From an uncultured Candidatus Saccharibacteria bacterium (GTDB lineage: Bacteria > Patescibacteriota > Minisyncoccia > Phycocordibacterales > UBA918), in the NCBI GenBank assembly GCA_964611205.1, contig CAZSZB010000003.1, positions 23,764 to 87,763 on the forward strand: a DNA stretch of 64,000 bases, in the 5' to 3' direction. The position numbers and the translations under genes were made by a program. Below are positions 10,796-20,806 of the stretch, one piece after another. Position 1 is the stretch's first letter. Each line of letters starts with the position of its first letter. The notes below the pieces were generated by a model. It saw only the letters and a program-made list of their open reading frames with translations. It had not been told where the DNA came from and did no database searches.

Positions 10796-12178
10796 ATGAA
10801 TACACAATCACATCTATCTACAAACAATATTGTCCACACTGAACAAGTAGATGTAAAAAAATTGTGGGATGACGCCTTAGTCAATATTGAACTATCAATT
10901 ACTCCAGCCAACTTCAAAACTTGGTTTAAAGACACTTACATTGTTTCTCTGGAAGATGGGACCATCACTCTTGGGGTACCTAGTGTTTTTGTTCGTGACT
11001 GGTTACAGGATAAATTCCAAACTCTAGTGTTAAAAACCCTCCGAGAATTAACCCCTCATGTTCGCAGCATCGAATATACAGTAGTACAACGTAATGACAA
11101 AAAGCAAAGCAATAGCCGCACCCAAACAGTTAATGCTTCTTTACCTTTAGAAGAATATTACATAAACAAAAATGACAACTTAAACCCAAAATATACTTTT
11201 GGTACATTTGTCATAGGTCCTTTCAATGCCTTAGCCCACACTGCTGCTAAAACTGTTAGTGAGAAACCAGGGATTGCTTATAACCCACTCTTTATCTACG
11301 GAAAAACTGGTCACGGTAAAACTCATCTTATTCAAGCTGTTGGTAACCAACTTAAAAAAGCTGGCAAAAAAGTTTTTTATGTTACCAGCGAACGTTTTAC
11401 AGTAGATTATTTCAATTCTCTACAAAACGGTACGGCTAATAATTTTAAAGATAAATATCGCCAATATGACGTTCTGATAATGGATGATATTCAATTTTTA
11501 GCTAATAAAGAGAAAACTCAAGAAGAATTATTCCACTTATTTAACGCTTTACACGATTGTAATAAACAAATTGTTTTTTCTAGTGATCTTCATCCAGCTT
11601 TACTTTCTGGCTTAGAGGACAGACTACGATCTCGCTTTAGCCAGGGTATGATTGTTGATATTCCAGCTCCTGATATGGAATCACGAGCCGCTATTTTACG
11701 AGCTAAAGCAGCCCAAAATAGCTTAAGTCTATCTGAAGAAGTAGTTGACCACTTAGCAAATACTATTGAAGGTAATATTAGGGAATTGGAAGGGGCACTT
11801 AATACTATTATGTGTCAATCTCAGTTAATGGGGCGTACTCTTTCTCTAGATGAAGTTAAAACCATCATAAAAAATAGCACTCGACCGCGAAAAACTCTGG
11901 CTGTATCTGATGTAGTAGAAAAAGTTGCTCGTTATTTCGATATTGATCCAGCCTCAATCTATGAAAAAACCCGTCGCAAAGAAATTGTTAAACCAAGGCA
12001 ACTTATTATGTATATTTTGCGAGAAGATTTTCAAGTTTCTTACCCAGCGATTGGGCAAAAGTTAGGGGGCCGTGACCATACTACAGTTATTCACTCTTGT
12101 GAGAAGATAAGAAATGATTTGAAAGGTAACTCAGAACTTGATGAAGAAATTACTCAGATAAGATTACTTCTTAAATAA
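10796..12178 (+). CDS. dnaA: chromosomal replication initiator DnaA
   Basis: YNPLFIYG..GHGKTHL, DDIQFL, GGRDHTTVIHS. Confidence 0.99.
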   Translation: MNTQSHLSTNNIVHTEQVDVKKLWDDALVNIELSITPANFKTWFKDTYIVSLEDGTITLGVPSVFVRDWLQDKFQTLVLKTLRELTPHVRSIEYTVVQRNDKKQSNSRTQTVNASLPLEEYYINKNDNLNPKYTFGTFVIGPFNALAHTAAKTVSEKPGIAYNPLFIYGKTGHGKTHLIQAVGNQLKKAGKKVFYVTSERFTVDYFNSLQNGTANNFKDKYRQYDVLIMDDIQFLANKEKTQEELFHLFNALHDCNKQIVFSSDLHPALLSGLEDRLRSRFSQGMIVDIPAPDMESRAAILRAKAAQNSLSLSEEVVDHLANTIEGNIRELEGALNTIMCQSQLMGRTLSLDEVKTIIKNSTRPRKTLAVSDVVEKVARYFDIDPASIYEKTRRKEIVKPRQLIMYILREDFQVSYPAIGQKLGGRDHTTVIHSCEKIRNDLKGNSELDEEITQIRLLLK

Positions 12179-12210
12179 AACACTTCAGTTAACTGAAGTG
12201 TTTTATTTAA

Positions 12211-12500
12211 TATCTACAGCTGTGTATAAAGCTGTAGATAAGTAATGGAAATTCAAAAGTTCCTCTGTTAGTAAAGCTAGTGTAGAATGAGGGACAACTG
12301 TGAATGCTTTGGGGATTAGAAAGAAGTTATACCCACTTTTTTAGAAACTCTCAGCTATACACAAACTTATCCGAGTTATTACCCACTTCTATTAACAGTT
12401 TCCACAAAAATAACCACTAAAATAAAACATATACTAAGCCATAGATTTGAGATTTCCACAGATCCACAGACCTAATAATAAGGAGTAAAATAGAAGAATA
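12211..12500. promoter_or_regulatory. oriC region between dnaA and dnaN
   Basis: DnaA-box-like 9-mers (TGTGTATAA 12221, TGTAGATAA, CTATACACA, TTTCCACA) in an AT-rich spacer. Confidence 0.8.
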
Positions 12501-12510
12501 AAAAATAATT

Positions 12511-13605
12511 ATGCACATCACTCTCGACAAAGACCAATTATTAAAACAATTGGAATTAGCACAAAAGATAAGTACTAAACATGCTACCTTGCCGGTACTA
12601 CAGTGTTTACTTTTAGAAGCAAAAGATGGGCAATTAATTATTAGAGCTACTAACTTAGAAATTGGTTTAGAATCAACTATTAAAGCTAATATTGAAACAC
12701 CAGGAAAAATTGCCGTCCCTGCTACTACTTTGACACAAACTATTTCTTTTTTGAATTGTAAGGAAGTTACTCTGAAAGTAGAAGATTCTGTTTTATTGGT
12801 TGAAAGTAATGGTTCTAATACGAGTATAAAAACTATCCCCGATGATGAATTTCCTACTATCCCTAAGATAAAAACTACTGGTCAGACAATTAAGAAAGAT
12901 TTATTTTCTTTAGGAATTAAAACAGCTGCTATTGCAGCTAGTGTAGCCTCTATTAAACCTGAGTTAGGAAGTATTTACATAAATCAAAAAAAAGAACACA
13001 CTCTAACTTTTGTGGCAACAGATTCCTTTCGTTTAATAGAAAAAACAGTCCCCCAAAAAGGTTTTGTTTTAGATGAATCTATAATGATTCCTTATAAAAA
13101 TGCTCTGGAATTAGCTCGAGTTTGTGATGTGGAAGAAGGAGACGTTGAGTTAAAGATAAATGAAAATCAATGTGCCTTAGTCTTTTCAGATGGTCTTTAT
13201 ATAACTTCTCGTTTAACAACTGGATCTTTCCCTGATTATGAACAAATAATACCAAAAGAGTACTCTTCACATACCACTTTAATAAAACAAGATTTACAAA
13301 ATACCTTCAGAAAAACAAATATTTTTTTAAACAAGTTTTTACAAGTTACTCTAAACATAACCAATAATTCTCTAACCGTATCAGCTAATAGTGGAGATGT
13401 TGGTAATACTACTGAATCAATCAAAGCCCAAACAGAAGGTGATGAATTAACTTTAAGTTTTAATCAACGTTATCTTTCAGAACCTTTAAATTATATTACT
13501 GATGATAGTTTGGTGATGCATTTTGCTGGTATTGGTAGACCTTTGGTTATGAGTGGTGTGAATGATAATACTCTACGTTATTTGGTTATGCCGATGAATA
13601 AGTAG
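12511..13605 (+). CDS. dnaN: DNA polymerase III beta clamp
   Basis: ATNLEIG, VATDSFRL, FPDYEQIIP, YLVMPM; follows dnaA. Confidence 0.98.
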   Translation: MHITLDKDQLLKQLELAQKISTKHATLPVLQCLLLEAKDGQLIIRATNLEIGLESTIKANIETPGKIAVPATTLTQTISFLNCKEVTLKVEDSVLLVESNGSNTSIKTIPDDEFPTIPKIKTTGQTIKKDLFSLGIKTAAIAASVASIKPELGSIYINQKKEHTLTFVATDSFRLIEKTVPQKGFVLDESIMIPYKNALELARVCDVEEGDVELKINENQCALVFSDGLYITSRLTTGSFPDYEQIIPKEYSSHTTLIKQDLQNTFRKTNIFLNKFLQVTLNITNNSLTVSANSGDVGNTTESIKAQTEGDELTLSFNQRYLSEPLNYITDDSLVMHFAGIGRPLVMSGVNDNTLRYLVMPMNK

Positions 13606-13627
13606 GTTCTAAATACTTTATTATCTT

Positions 13628-13915
13628 ATGGCTCGCGGAGAAGGAATTAAAAAATTATCAGATTTATTTAGTAAGTATAAAAATACTTTAATTGCTCCCC
13701 AAGGATCAGTCATTAATACTTTTTGTGAAGTAGTTTATGAAACTTTAGATATATCCTTAAATAAAACACAAATTAAATATAATGTTCATAATAAAACTAT
13801 TATTTTAAATACACCTAGTGTCCTAAAGTCAGAAATAAAGTTGCACCAAAAAGATATATTAAATCACTTGAAAGGGAGGTTAGGAGTTGATAACGCACCA
13901 AAAGACATTCTTTAA
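13628..13915 (+). CDS. DciA/DUF721-like protein
   Basis: Small basic protein after dnaN, S.LKSEI.L....IL pattern. Confidence 0.5.
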   Translation: MARGEGIKKLSDLFSKYKNTLIAPQGSVINTFCEVVYETLDISLNKTQIKYNVHNKTIILNTPSVLKSEIKLHQKDILNHLKGRLGVDNAPKDIL

Positions 13916-13924
13916 ATAATTATG

Positions 13925-13966
13925 AAATTAAAAAACTCTGGAGTATTCTCCAGAGTTTTTTAATTT
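13925..13966. terminator. bidirectional terminator
   Basis: Perfect 19-bp inverted repeat with A/T tails between convergent genes. Confidence 0.8.
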
Positions 13967-13969
13967 AAT

Positions 13970-16195
13970 TTAGTCTTGATTTTCGGACTCTTCGTTTTCA
14001 GTTACGGTGTTTGTTATTTGTGGAATGAAAGAAGAAAAGTTTTCATTTTTCCACTTTTGGACAGCGTATTCCCAGTTCCTATACTGTGGATCATTGGCCG
14101 GGTTGCTAGGGTAATCTCCTAAAGGATCACTTTTATTAACAAAGTGAAGAATATTGTGAATACCAAATGATAAATCATTGAAGTCTAATGAACCATTGTC
14201 GCCCAAATTAATATTGTTGATAATGGTGCTAGCATCAACGACACTACCTCTTAAGATAGGTTTAATGTTACTTGGTATAGCATCTGGCTCAGAAAAACTC
14301 TGAGCTTCTGTTTTAGTGAGAGCAAAATCCATGAACTCCCGCCACATAGGTGTAGCAATTAAACCAGATAATCCACCGCCCATAGCTGAGTTGTCATTAT
14401 TTCCAACCCAAACACCAACTGCTAGATTTGGTGTATAACCCATTATCCAAGCATCAAGTAAGTTGTTGGTACTACCTGATTTAACGGCTACATCACGATT
14501 GGTAAAGTTAACTATCGAGTTATATCCCCAAAGTGGCGATCGAGCAGCATCATCCGATAGGATATCGCTTATTTGAAGAGCTACTTGTCTATCTAGGACA
14601 CGTCTTTGTTTTGGCTCAAATTCGTCTATAACGTTCCCTTGGGTATCTTCTACTCTTAAGATGGATCTACTGTCAGCCTTGACCCCCTCATTGGCAAATA
14701 CAGCATAAGCTCCAGTGTGTTCAGCAAGCTTTACCTCACCTCCTCCAAGTACTAGGGTTAAACCTAATCGATCAGGGTCGTTTAGAGTTGTTATTCCCAT
14801 ATCTCCAGCTAATCTAATAGCGTCACGTAGTCCAGTTAAATAAAGAACTTTTACAGCCGGTATGTTTAGAGATTGAGCTAAAGCTTCGCGCAGAGAGGTT
14901 GGACCTTTGAATTTATGGTTATAGTTATTAGGAGAATAACAAGGTGAAGCAGAAGTCATATCCCAAGGCTCACAAACCGCTCCAAACTGTGTCTTTACGT
15001 CATATACGATAGTACTAGGAGTATAGCCTTTACTAAAAGCAGAGGCATAAACTATTGGTTTAATAGAAGACCCTGGCTGACGAGAGGCTAGAGCGACGTT
15101 ATAGTTACCATCTATTTCTTCATCAAAGTAATCACGTGAACCAACCATCACTAAAATATCACCCTCCTGAGGATTAATCGCCACTAAGCCTGCATTGCTA
15201 GCGTTGTATTTCTCAGTGTTCTCTAAGGCCTTTCTCTTTACAATTTCCTCGGCCTCTTTTTGTAATTCCCAATCTAAAGTAGTGATAACCCGCAGGCCTT
15301 TTTCGGCTAAGGCATTTTCTCCGTACATTTGGGCCAGTTGTTCTCTGATATACATTACGAAATGAGGAGCTCTAATTCCAGAAACTGCTTGCGGTTGAAA
15401 TTCTACCTCGGTATTTACAGCCTCATCATATTCTTCTTGGTTGATGAAACCATTAATCTGCATTCTTTTAAGAACTAAACGGGCTCGCTCATCTAGCTTG
15501 TCCCGATTATTTCCGTACGGTGATAAATAAGTTGGAGCTTGTGGTAGGGCAGCTATATAAGCACTTTCTGCTAAGTTCACTTCACTAGCTGGCTTTCCAA
15601 AAAAAGATTGGGAAGCTTCCTCCACCCCATAAATAGTTCCACCGTACGGTGATTCATTTAGATAGTGACCAAGAATTTCATCTTTGGTTAAGGATTGTTC
15701 TAAACGGATAGCTAAGATAGCTTCTTTTATTTTACGTTGTAATTTTTTGTCACCCTCTAAAATAGAGTTTTTTACTACTTGTTGCGTAATGGTAGAACCA
15801 CCTTGTCCACCAAGTAAATTACCTTGGGTTAGGTTGGTTAAAGCCGCTCTAACAATCGCTTTCAAATCAACTCCCCAGTGCTTATAGAACTGATCGTCTT
15901 CAATTGCAACGGTGGCATTCTTAATATGGTAGGAGATATCTTCATAAGGAACTATGGTGCGACGGACATCCTGGTGTAGGTCATAAAGTAAGATTTCCCC
16001 TGTCCGGTCATAGATCTTTGTGGATTGGAGAATACGTCTTTGGTCGAAGCTGGAAAGATCAGGAATATCAAGAGTCGATATCCAAATAAATAAACCACCA
16101 ATTAATACCATCATTAGTACAAAAAAACCGATGAGACCGTCTATAGCTGTGTCTCGCCAGTGCTTTTTGAACCAACTTTTTATATTATTTTTCAT
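13970..16195 (-). CDS. class A penicillin-binding protein (PBP1A family)
   Basis: AIEDDQFY.H.G, GGSTITQQ, RKIKE, QPGSSIKP, SLN, KSG. Confidence 0.95.
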   Translation of the reverse strand: MKNNIKSWFKKHWRDTAIDGLIGFFVLMMVLIGGLFIWISTLDIPDLSSFDQRRILQSTKIYDRTGEILLYDLHQDVRRTIVPYEDISYHIKNATVAIEDDQFYKHWGVDLKAIVRAALTNLTQGNLLGGQGGSTITQQVVKNSILEGDKKLQRKIKEAILAIRLEQSLTKDEILGHYLNESPYGGTIYGVEEASQSFFGKPASEVNLAESAYIAALPQAPTYLSPYGNNRDKLDERARLVLKRMQINGFINQEEYDEAVNTEVEFQPQAVSGIRAPHFVMYIREQLAQMYGENALAEKGLRVITTLDWELQKEAEEIVKRKALENTEKYNASNAGLVAINPQEGDILVMVGSRDYFDEEIDGNYNVALASRQPGSSIKPIVYASAFSKGYTPSTIVYDVKTQFGAVCEPWDMTSASPCYSPNNYNHKFKGPTSLREALAQSLNIPAVKVLYLTGLRDAIRLAGDMGITTLNDPDRLGLTLVLGGGEVKLAEHTGAYAVFANEGVKADSRSILRVEDTQGNVIDEFEPKQRRVLDRQVALQISDILSDDAARSPLWGYNSIVNFTNRDVAVKSGSTNNLLDAWIMGYTPNLAVGVWVGNNDNSAMGGGLSGLIATPMWREFMDFALTKTEAQSFSEPDAIPSNIKPILRGSVVDASTIINNINLGDNGSLDFNDLSFGIHNILHFVNKSDPLGDYPSNPANDPQYRNWEYAVQKWKNENFSSFIPQITNTVTENEESENQD

Positions 16196-16280
16196 ATTGT
16201 TAGTCGTTATAAAAACAATAGTAGCACGGTCTGTCTAGCTATACTTAAAGCAATCCTGTGGTAAAGTTATTTCATAATTA

Positions 16281-17531
16281 ATGTTTATGAAACTATCTGA
16301 AGAGTTAAAAGCACGAGGATTTATTAGTCAACACACGGGGGAATCACTCGACGAAGTATTGGATGGTGATAAGCGGACTGTTTACCATGGAATAGACCCT
16401 TCAGCTGATTCCGCTCACGCTGGAAATATGGTGATGTGGATGTTGTTAAGACACTTAACCAATAATGGACATAAAGTAATCTTCTTGGTGGGTGGTGGAA
16501 CCGGTATGATTGGAGACCCTAAACCAGACTCTGAACGAGTATTGCAGAGTACAGAAAAAGTAGAGGAGAATGTCCAAAAAATTAAATCCCAAGCGGAGCG
16601 TTTGATTGGAGGACAGGCCGGAATTGAGTTTGTGAATAATGCAGACTGGTTGTGTCAGGTTGGCTTAATTGATTTTTTACGTGATATTGGTAAACACTTC
16701 ACTGTTAATGAATTAGTAAAAAAAGAAGCTATCTCTTCAAGGATGGAGAGTGAGCAAGGTATTTCTTATACTGAGTTTGCCTATCCCTTGCTTCAAGGAT
16801 TTGATTATTTAACTCTATATCGAGACAAGGGTTGTACTCTTCAAGTAGGTGGCTCTGACCAATGGGGAAATATTATAGCGGGAGTTGATTTAGTTAGGAG
16901 AAAAGAGCAGAAAACAGTCCATGCTCTGACAACTCCTCTGGTCGTTGATAAAGCAACTGGTAAAAAGTTTGGTAAAAGTGAAGGTAACGCTGTTTGGCTT
17001 GATGCAGAAAAAACATCACCTTATCAATTTTATCAATTTTGGTTGAATGTCTCTGATGAAAGCGTAATTGATTACCTTAAGCTGTTCACCTTCTTATCTC
17101 TAGATGAAATAGCCGTCATTGAGGCTGAATTTACGGCTAACCCGGGTTCACGTCAGGCGCAAAGAAAATTGGCAGCCGAAGTTACCAAGTTTGTGCATAA
17201 AGAAGATGTTACCGAATCGGTTATAAAAGCTTCTGAAGCATTATTTGGCACAGTTGAGTTTGCTGATTTGAGCGAAGCTGAGCTTTCGATGGTGAAAGAA
17301 AATGCACCAGCTTTTAAAGTTGCTAATAAAATTACCTTAGTAGATGCTCTAGTTGAATCAAAGTTAGCTGCCAGTAAAAGAGAGGCTAGGACTTTTATTA
17401 CTGAAGGAGCTGTTCAGATAAACAATAATAAAATAGAAGATACAGATAGTGTTTTAGATAGCAGTAGCTTAGGACAGGATGTTTTATTAAAACGGGGTAA
17501 GAAATATTACGCTATTTTGAGCCTTGGTTAG
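16281..17531 (+). CDS. tyrS: tyrosine--tRNA ligase
   Basis: GIDPSADSAHAGN, QVGGSDQWGNI, KFGKS, S4-like C-terminus. Confidence 0.98.
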   Translation: MFMKLSEELKARGFISQHTGESLDEVLDGDKRTVYHGIDPSADSAHAGNMVMWMLLRHLTNNGHKVIFLVGGGTGMIGDPKPDSERVLQSTEKVEENVQKIKSQAERLIGGQAGIEFVNNADWLCQVGLIDFLRDIGKHFTVNELVKKEAISSRMESEQGISYTEFAYPLLQGFDYLTLYRDKGCTLQVGGSDQWGNIIAGVDLVRRKEQKTVHALTTPLVVDKATGKKFGKSEGNAVWLDAEKTSPYQFYQFWLNVSDESVIDYLKLFTFLSLDEIAVIEAEFTANPGSRQAQRKLAAEVTKFVHKEDVTESVIKASEALFGTVEFADLSEAELSMVKENAPAFKVANKITLVDALVESKLAASKREARTFITEGAVQINNNKIEDTDSVLDSSSLGQDVLLKRGKKYYAILSLG

Positions 17532-17542
17532 ATTACTATTAT

Positions 17543-17585
17543 TAAAATACCCGCTTCATAGTCTGACTATGAAGCGGGTATTTTA
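17543..17585. terminator. bidirectional terminator / near-perfect palindrome
   Basis: 21-bp arms with 1-nt centre between convergent genes. Confidence 0.75.
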
Positions 17586-17598
17586 GCAAATTTTGTTT

Positions 17599-17880
17599 TT
17601 AGAGTTCATCAACATCATCGAAACGGTCATAATCCATATCCTCAGCATCGTCCTCCAGCTCGGGATCGTCCTCGTCTTCTTTGTCATCAGAATCGTCATC
17701 ATCGTCCTCGTCGTCTGATTCATCTAGTAGTCCAAAACCTTCAGTATCATCATCTGTATCATCGTCACTGGATATCTCATCTAGGATATCGTCGCCCAAA
17801 CTAACATCATCATCTACCATGTCAGATTCTTCATCTGGGTTTAATTCCTCGTCATTAATAGTATCGGTAAAAAAAGTCAT
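17599..17880 (-). CDS. highly acidic small protein
   Basis: 93 aa, about 51 D/E by hand count; downstream of ruvC. Confidence 0.75.
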   Translation of the reverse strand: MTFFTDTINDEELNPDEESDMVDDDVSLGDDILDEISSDDDTDDDTEGFGLLDESDDEDDDDDSDDKEDEDDPELEDDAEDMDYDRFDDVDEL

Positions 17881-17969
17881 ACGTTTTGCTTTGGTGATTT
17901 ATTTATACTAATTTTTAACAAAGTTTCAAATCTTTGCAACCATTGTTTGTTGCGCAGATTTTATCTAAA

Positions 17970-18440
17970 TCATCGTTGGTATGCAAGTGTTGTAATACCA
18001 ATAGCAATAGCATCGTACTCATCGTCAAGGGCATTCTCAGGTACATTCTGCACTAATCGTTTAACCATATCAATAACAGCGTTTTTATCGCTCTTACCAT
18101 ACCCGGTCACAGCTATTTTTATCTGCTGAGGGCTGAGTTCAAGAACCTGTGCTTTCGCTTCCTGAGCTAGAAACATCACTACTCCTCTCGCCTGAGCGAC
18201 ACCAATAGCGGTTTTTATGTTTTTGTTAAAAAATAAGGTCTCGATACCGACCACGGTGGGTTGATATTTTTTAAGTAGTGTCTGCACCACCTTTCCTAAT
18301 TCATACAGACGTTCATCCAAGGTAGCTTCTTTATTTGTTTCGATACAGACTGAATATAGCAATATTTCTTTGCCATTTTGTTTTTCCATAACGGCTACAC
18401 CCATCCGGTCGTAGCCTGGATCAACTGCTAAAACTTTCAT
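17970..18440 (-). CDS. ruvC: Holliday junction resolvase RuvC
   Basis: LAVDPG, E.LFF.KN, QARGV, VTGYGKSDK, DDEYDAIA. Confidence 0.97.
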   Translation of the reverse strand: MKVLAVDPGYDRMGVAVMEKQNGKEILLYSVCIETNKEATLDERLYELGKVVQTLLKKYQPTVVGIETLFFNKNIKTAIGVAQARGVVMFLAQEAKAQVLELSPQQIKIAVTGYGKSDKNAVIDMVKRLVQNVPENALDDEYDAIAIGITTLAYQR

Positions 18441-18513
18441 GATTTAATTAGAATATCACGAATTAAATAGATTATTTCTTATACCTTAGTCAGACTAAGG
18501 TGTAAGGAGTTAC

Positions 18514-19056
18514 TTATTCTTCGGTACTATCAGCCCCAGTGAAGACATCAGTTACATCTTCCAGATCTTCTAACTTCTCGATAAATTCTGCCAATTTTTC
18601 ACCAGTTGCGTCGTCCAGTTCCATAGGTGTTTGCGGAATGTAGACACCATCTTGTTTAGTAAAAGCCCAAGCAGCACTACCCGGGGTGCCCATTTCTAAT
18701 CCTGATTTAGAAAAGACATTTCGTACTTCGGCGGAAGTCCGGTTGTTGTTGTCTGTTACCGCTTGAATAAGGATAGCTACTCCGCCCGGACCATAACCCT
18801 CAAACATAACTTCCTCTAAGGCGTTGCCGCCACCACCAGATCCTTTGGCCACCGCTCGATCGATATTATCTTTAGGCATAGAATCTTTTTTAGCTCTTTC
18901 AATAGCGGCCGCTAGTCCGGCTGAGTTTATATCACCACCGGCTTTACGCGACTCCATTGCAATAATAGCCGAGTGCTTAGAAAAGATTTTACTTTTTGCA
19001 GCATCAGTCGCGGCTTTTTTGTGTTTAATTTTTGACCATTTATTATGTCCACTCAT
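18514..19056 (-). CDS. yebC: YebC/PmpR family protein (short form)
   Basis: MSGHNKWSKIKHKK, EGYGPGG, TDNNNRT. Confidence 0.95.
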   Translation of the reverse strand: MSGHNKWSKIKHKKAATDAAKSKIFSKHSAIIAMESRKAGGDINSAGLAAAIERAKKDSMPKDNIDRAVAKGSGGGGNALEEVMFEGYGPGGVAILIQAVTDNNNRTSAEVRNVFSKSGLEMGTPGSAAWAFTKQDGVYIPQTPMELDDATGEKLAEFIEKLEDLEDVTDVFTGADSTEE

Positions 19057-19116
19057 ATTATTATTAGTTTAAATTAATTTTTTTAAATTGTCTCTCTAGA
19101 AGTTGTATTTATTTTA

Positions 19117-20103
19117 TTATAAATTTTGTATGTGATTATAAGCACTAGCACTAGCTATTCGTCCCCGAGGAGTTCTCTCCAGCAAGCCTTGGCGGATAAG
19201 GTAGGGTTCGATAACATCCTCTATCGTAGATTGCTCCTCACCAGTGGCTGCTGCAATAGTGTTGAGTCCGACTGGCCCACCATTAAATTTATTGATGATA
19301 ACTTCTAGAACTGCTCGGTCTGGCGAACTAAGTCCGAGCTGGTCTATCTCTAAAAGATCAAAAGTTCTGTCTACAATCTCAGAAGTTAATCCATCACCTT
19401 CAAGTTGTGCTAAGTCTCGACAACGTTTCAGTAGATAATTAGCTGTTCGCGGGGTAGCTCGACAACGTTTCGCGATGTCACTCATTATTTGACTGTTGGT
19501 TTCTATATTAAGTAGGTTAGCCGAGCGAGCGAGGATGTGAGCGATTTCTTCTTCTTTGTAAAATTCTAGACGAAAAGTTCCACCCGAAAAACGAGAACGC
19601 AAAGGAGAGGATAGAAGTGAGATGCGAGTAGTGGCGGCGACTAAAGTAAAAGGCGGTAATTCTAGTTGGACAGTTCGAGCAGAGGGACCTTTGCCGATAA
19701 TTATATCGAGTACACCGGATTCCATAGCGGGATAAAGCACCTCCTCGATACTTTTAGATAGACGATGGATTTCATCGATAAAGAGTACATCTCCAGGTGA
19801 AAGGTTAGTTAAGATGGCTGCTAGATCACCAACTCGTTCGATAGCTGGTCCTGAGGTAGTACGCATATTGGTGCCAAGAGTCTTAGAGACTAAGTGAGCT
19901 AAAGTAGTTTTACCTAGTCCAGGCGGTCCGTATAACAAAATATGCTCAGCCGCGTGACCACGTTGCCTAGCTGCAGTTAAGAGGATTCTTAAATTTTCTT
20001 TAGTTTTTGTTTGACCGACATATTCCTCCCAGCTTTGTGGACGTAGAGTTTGGTCCAGGTTGCCAGAATTGTCTCGTATGAAGTCGCTGGTTGTTTCTGC
20101 CAT
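19117..20103 (-). CDS. ruvB: Holliday junction helicase RuvB
   Basis: LRPQ, GPPGLGKTT, FIDEIHRL, EPYL; start taken at MAETT. Confidence 0.98.
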   Translation of the reverse strand: MAETTSDFIRDNSGNLDQTLRPQSWEEYVGQTKTKENLRILLTAARQRGHAAEHILLYGPPGLGKTTLAHLVSKTLGTNMRTTSGPAIERVGDLAAILTNLSPGDVLFIDEIHRLSKSIEEVLYPAMESGVLDIIIGKGPSARTVQLELPPFTLVAATTRISLLSSPLRSRFSGGTFRLEFYKEEEIAHILARSANLLNIETNSQIMSDIAKRCRATPRTANYLLKRCRDLAQLEGDGLTSEIVDRTFDLLEIDQLGLSSPDRAVLEVIINKFNGGPVGLNTIAAATGEEQSTIEDVIEPYLIRQGLLERTPRGRIASASAYNHIQNL

Positions 20104-20168
20104 AATAACTTTATTGTATACAAAAATATACTGACTGGATACTTGTTCTGAGCAAAGTGTATTATCCA

Positions 20169-20216
20169 ATAGGTACGTACTATGGTACGTACCATAGTAC
20201 GTACCTATGTTATAAT
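20169..20216. promoter_or_regulatory. 40-bp perfect palindrome (operator candidate) abutting extended -10
   Basis: ATAGGTACGTACTATGGTACGTACCATAGTACGTACCTAT then TGTTATAAT. Confidence 0.65.
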
Positions 20217-20229
20217 TTAAATAAATAAT

Positions 20230-20406
20230 ATGACAAAAAGAACTATTGATTTAACCCGTACTCATAAATTATCAAAAGCTGGAGGTAAAAGTTACTATGT
20301 AACTTTACCGATTGAATTTATTCGGCATTTGGGCTGGCAAGAAGGTCAAAAAATAGATGTTACTTTAGAAGGGGAAAGCTTATCCATAAAAGACTGGAAG
20401 AAGTAA
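20230..20406 (+). CDS. AbrB/MazE/SpoVT-family DNA-binding protein (missing from ORF track)
   Basis: Hand translation MTKRTIDLTRTHKLSKAGGKSYYVTLPIEFIRHLGWQEGQKIDVTLEGESLSIKDWKK. Confidence 0.85.
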   Translation: MTKRTIDLTRTHKLSKAGGKSYYVTLPIEFIRHLGWQEGQKIDVTLEGESLSIKDWKK

Positions 20407-20565
20407 TAAAGTCAATAAAATATTGACAAAATTGTATACTGTGCTAGTATATTGCTAATTCGTTCTCTTGGGGCAGGTTTCTTCTGCCCGTCTGATCTAT
20501 TTTAAATATTCCATAAAATAAAAAAGCACCCAGCTTAGGGTGTAATTATTTTGCATTGGTTATTA

Positions 20566-20711
20566 TTTTCAGTGTATAACCCTCTAAACAACAAAAGGCT
20601 GCTCTGCGAGGATCTCATGGTGCTCATCATTGAATGAGTGAGCTGTGATTCTCCTTAGTACAGTATCCACTTCGTCCGCGAAGTTTTGCTTAGAGGGTTA
20701 TCTACTGAAAA
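20566..20711 (+). ncRNA. 6S RNA-like long hairpin with central bubble
   Basis: Closing stem ATAACCCTCTAA/TTAGAGGGTTAT, internal bubble, imperfect apical stem whose G-U pairs favour + strand. Confidence 0.45.
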
Positions 20712-20806
20712 AGGACTTTTCTTTAAATCGTTTTTGACTATAACATACAGAATAAAAAAACACCCTTGACCGGGTAGTTTTTTTATTCTTGAAATGAAAA
20801 AATAAA

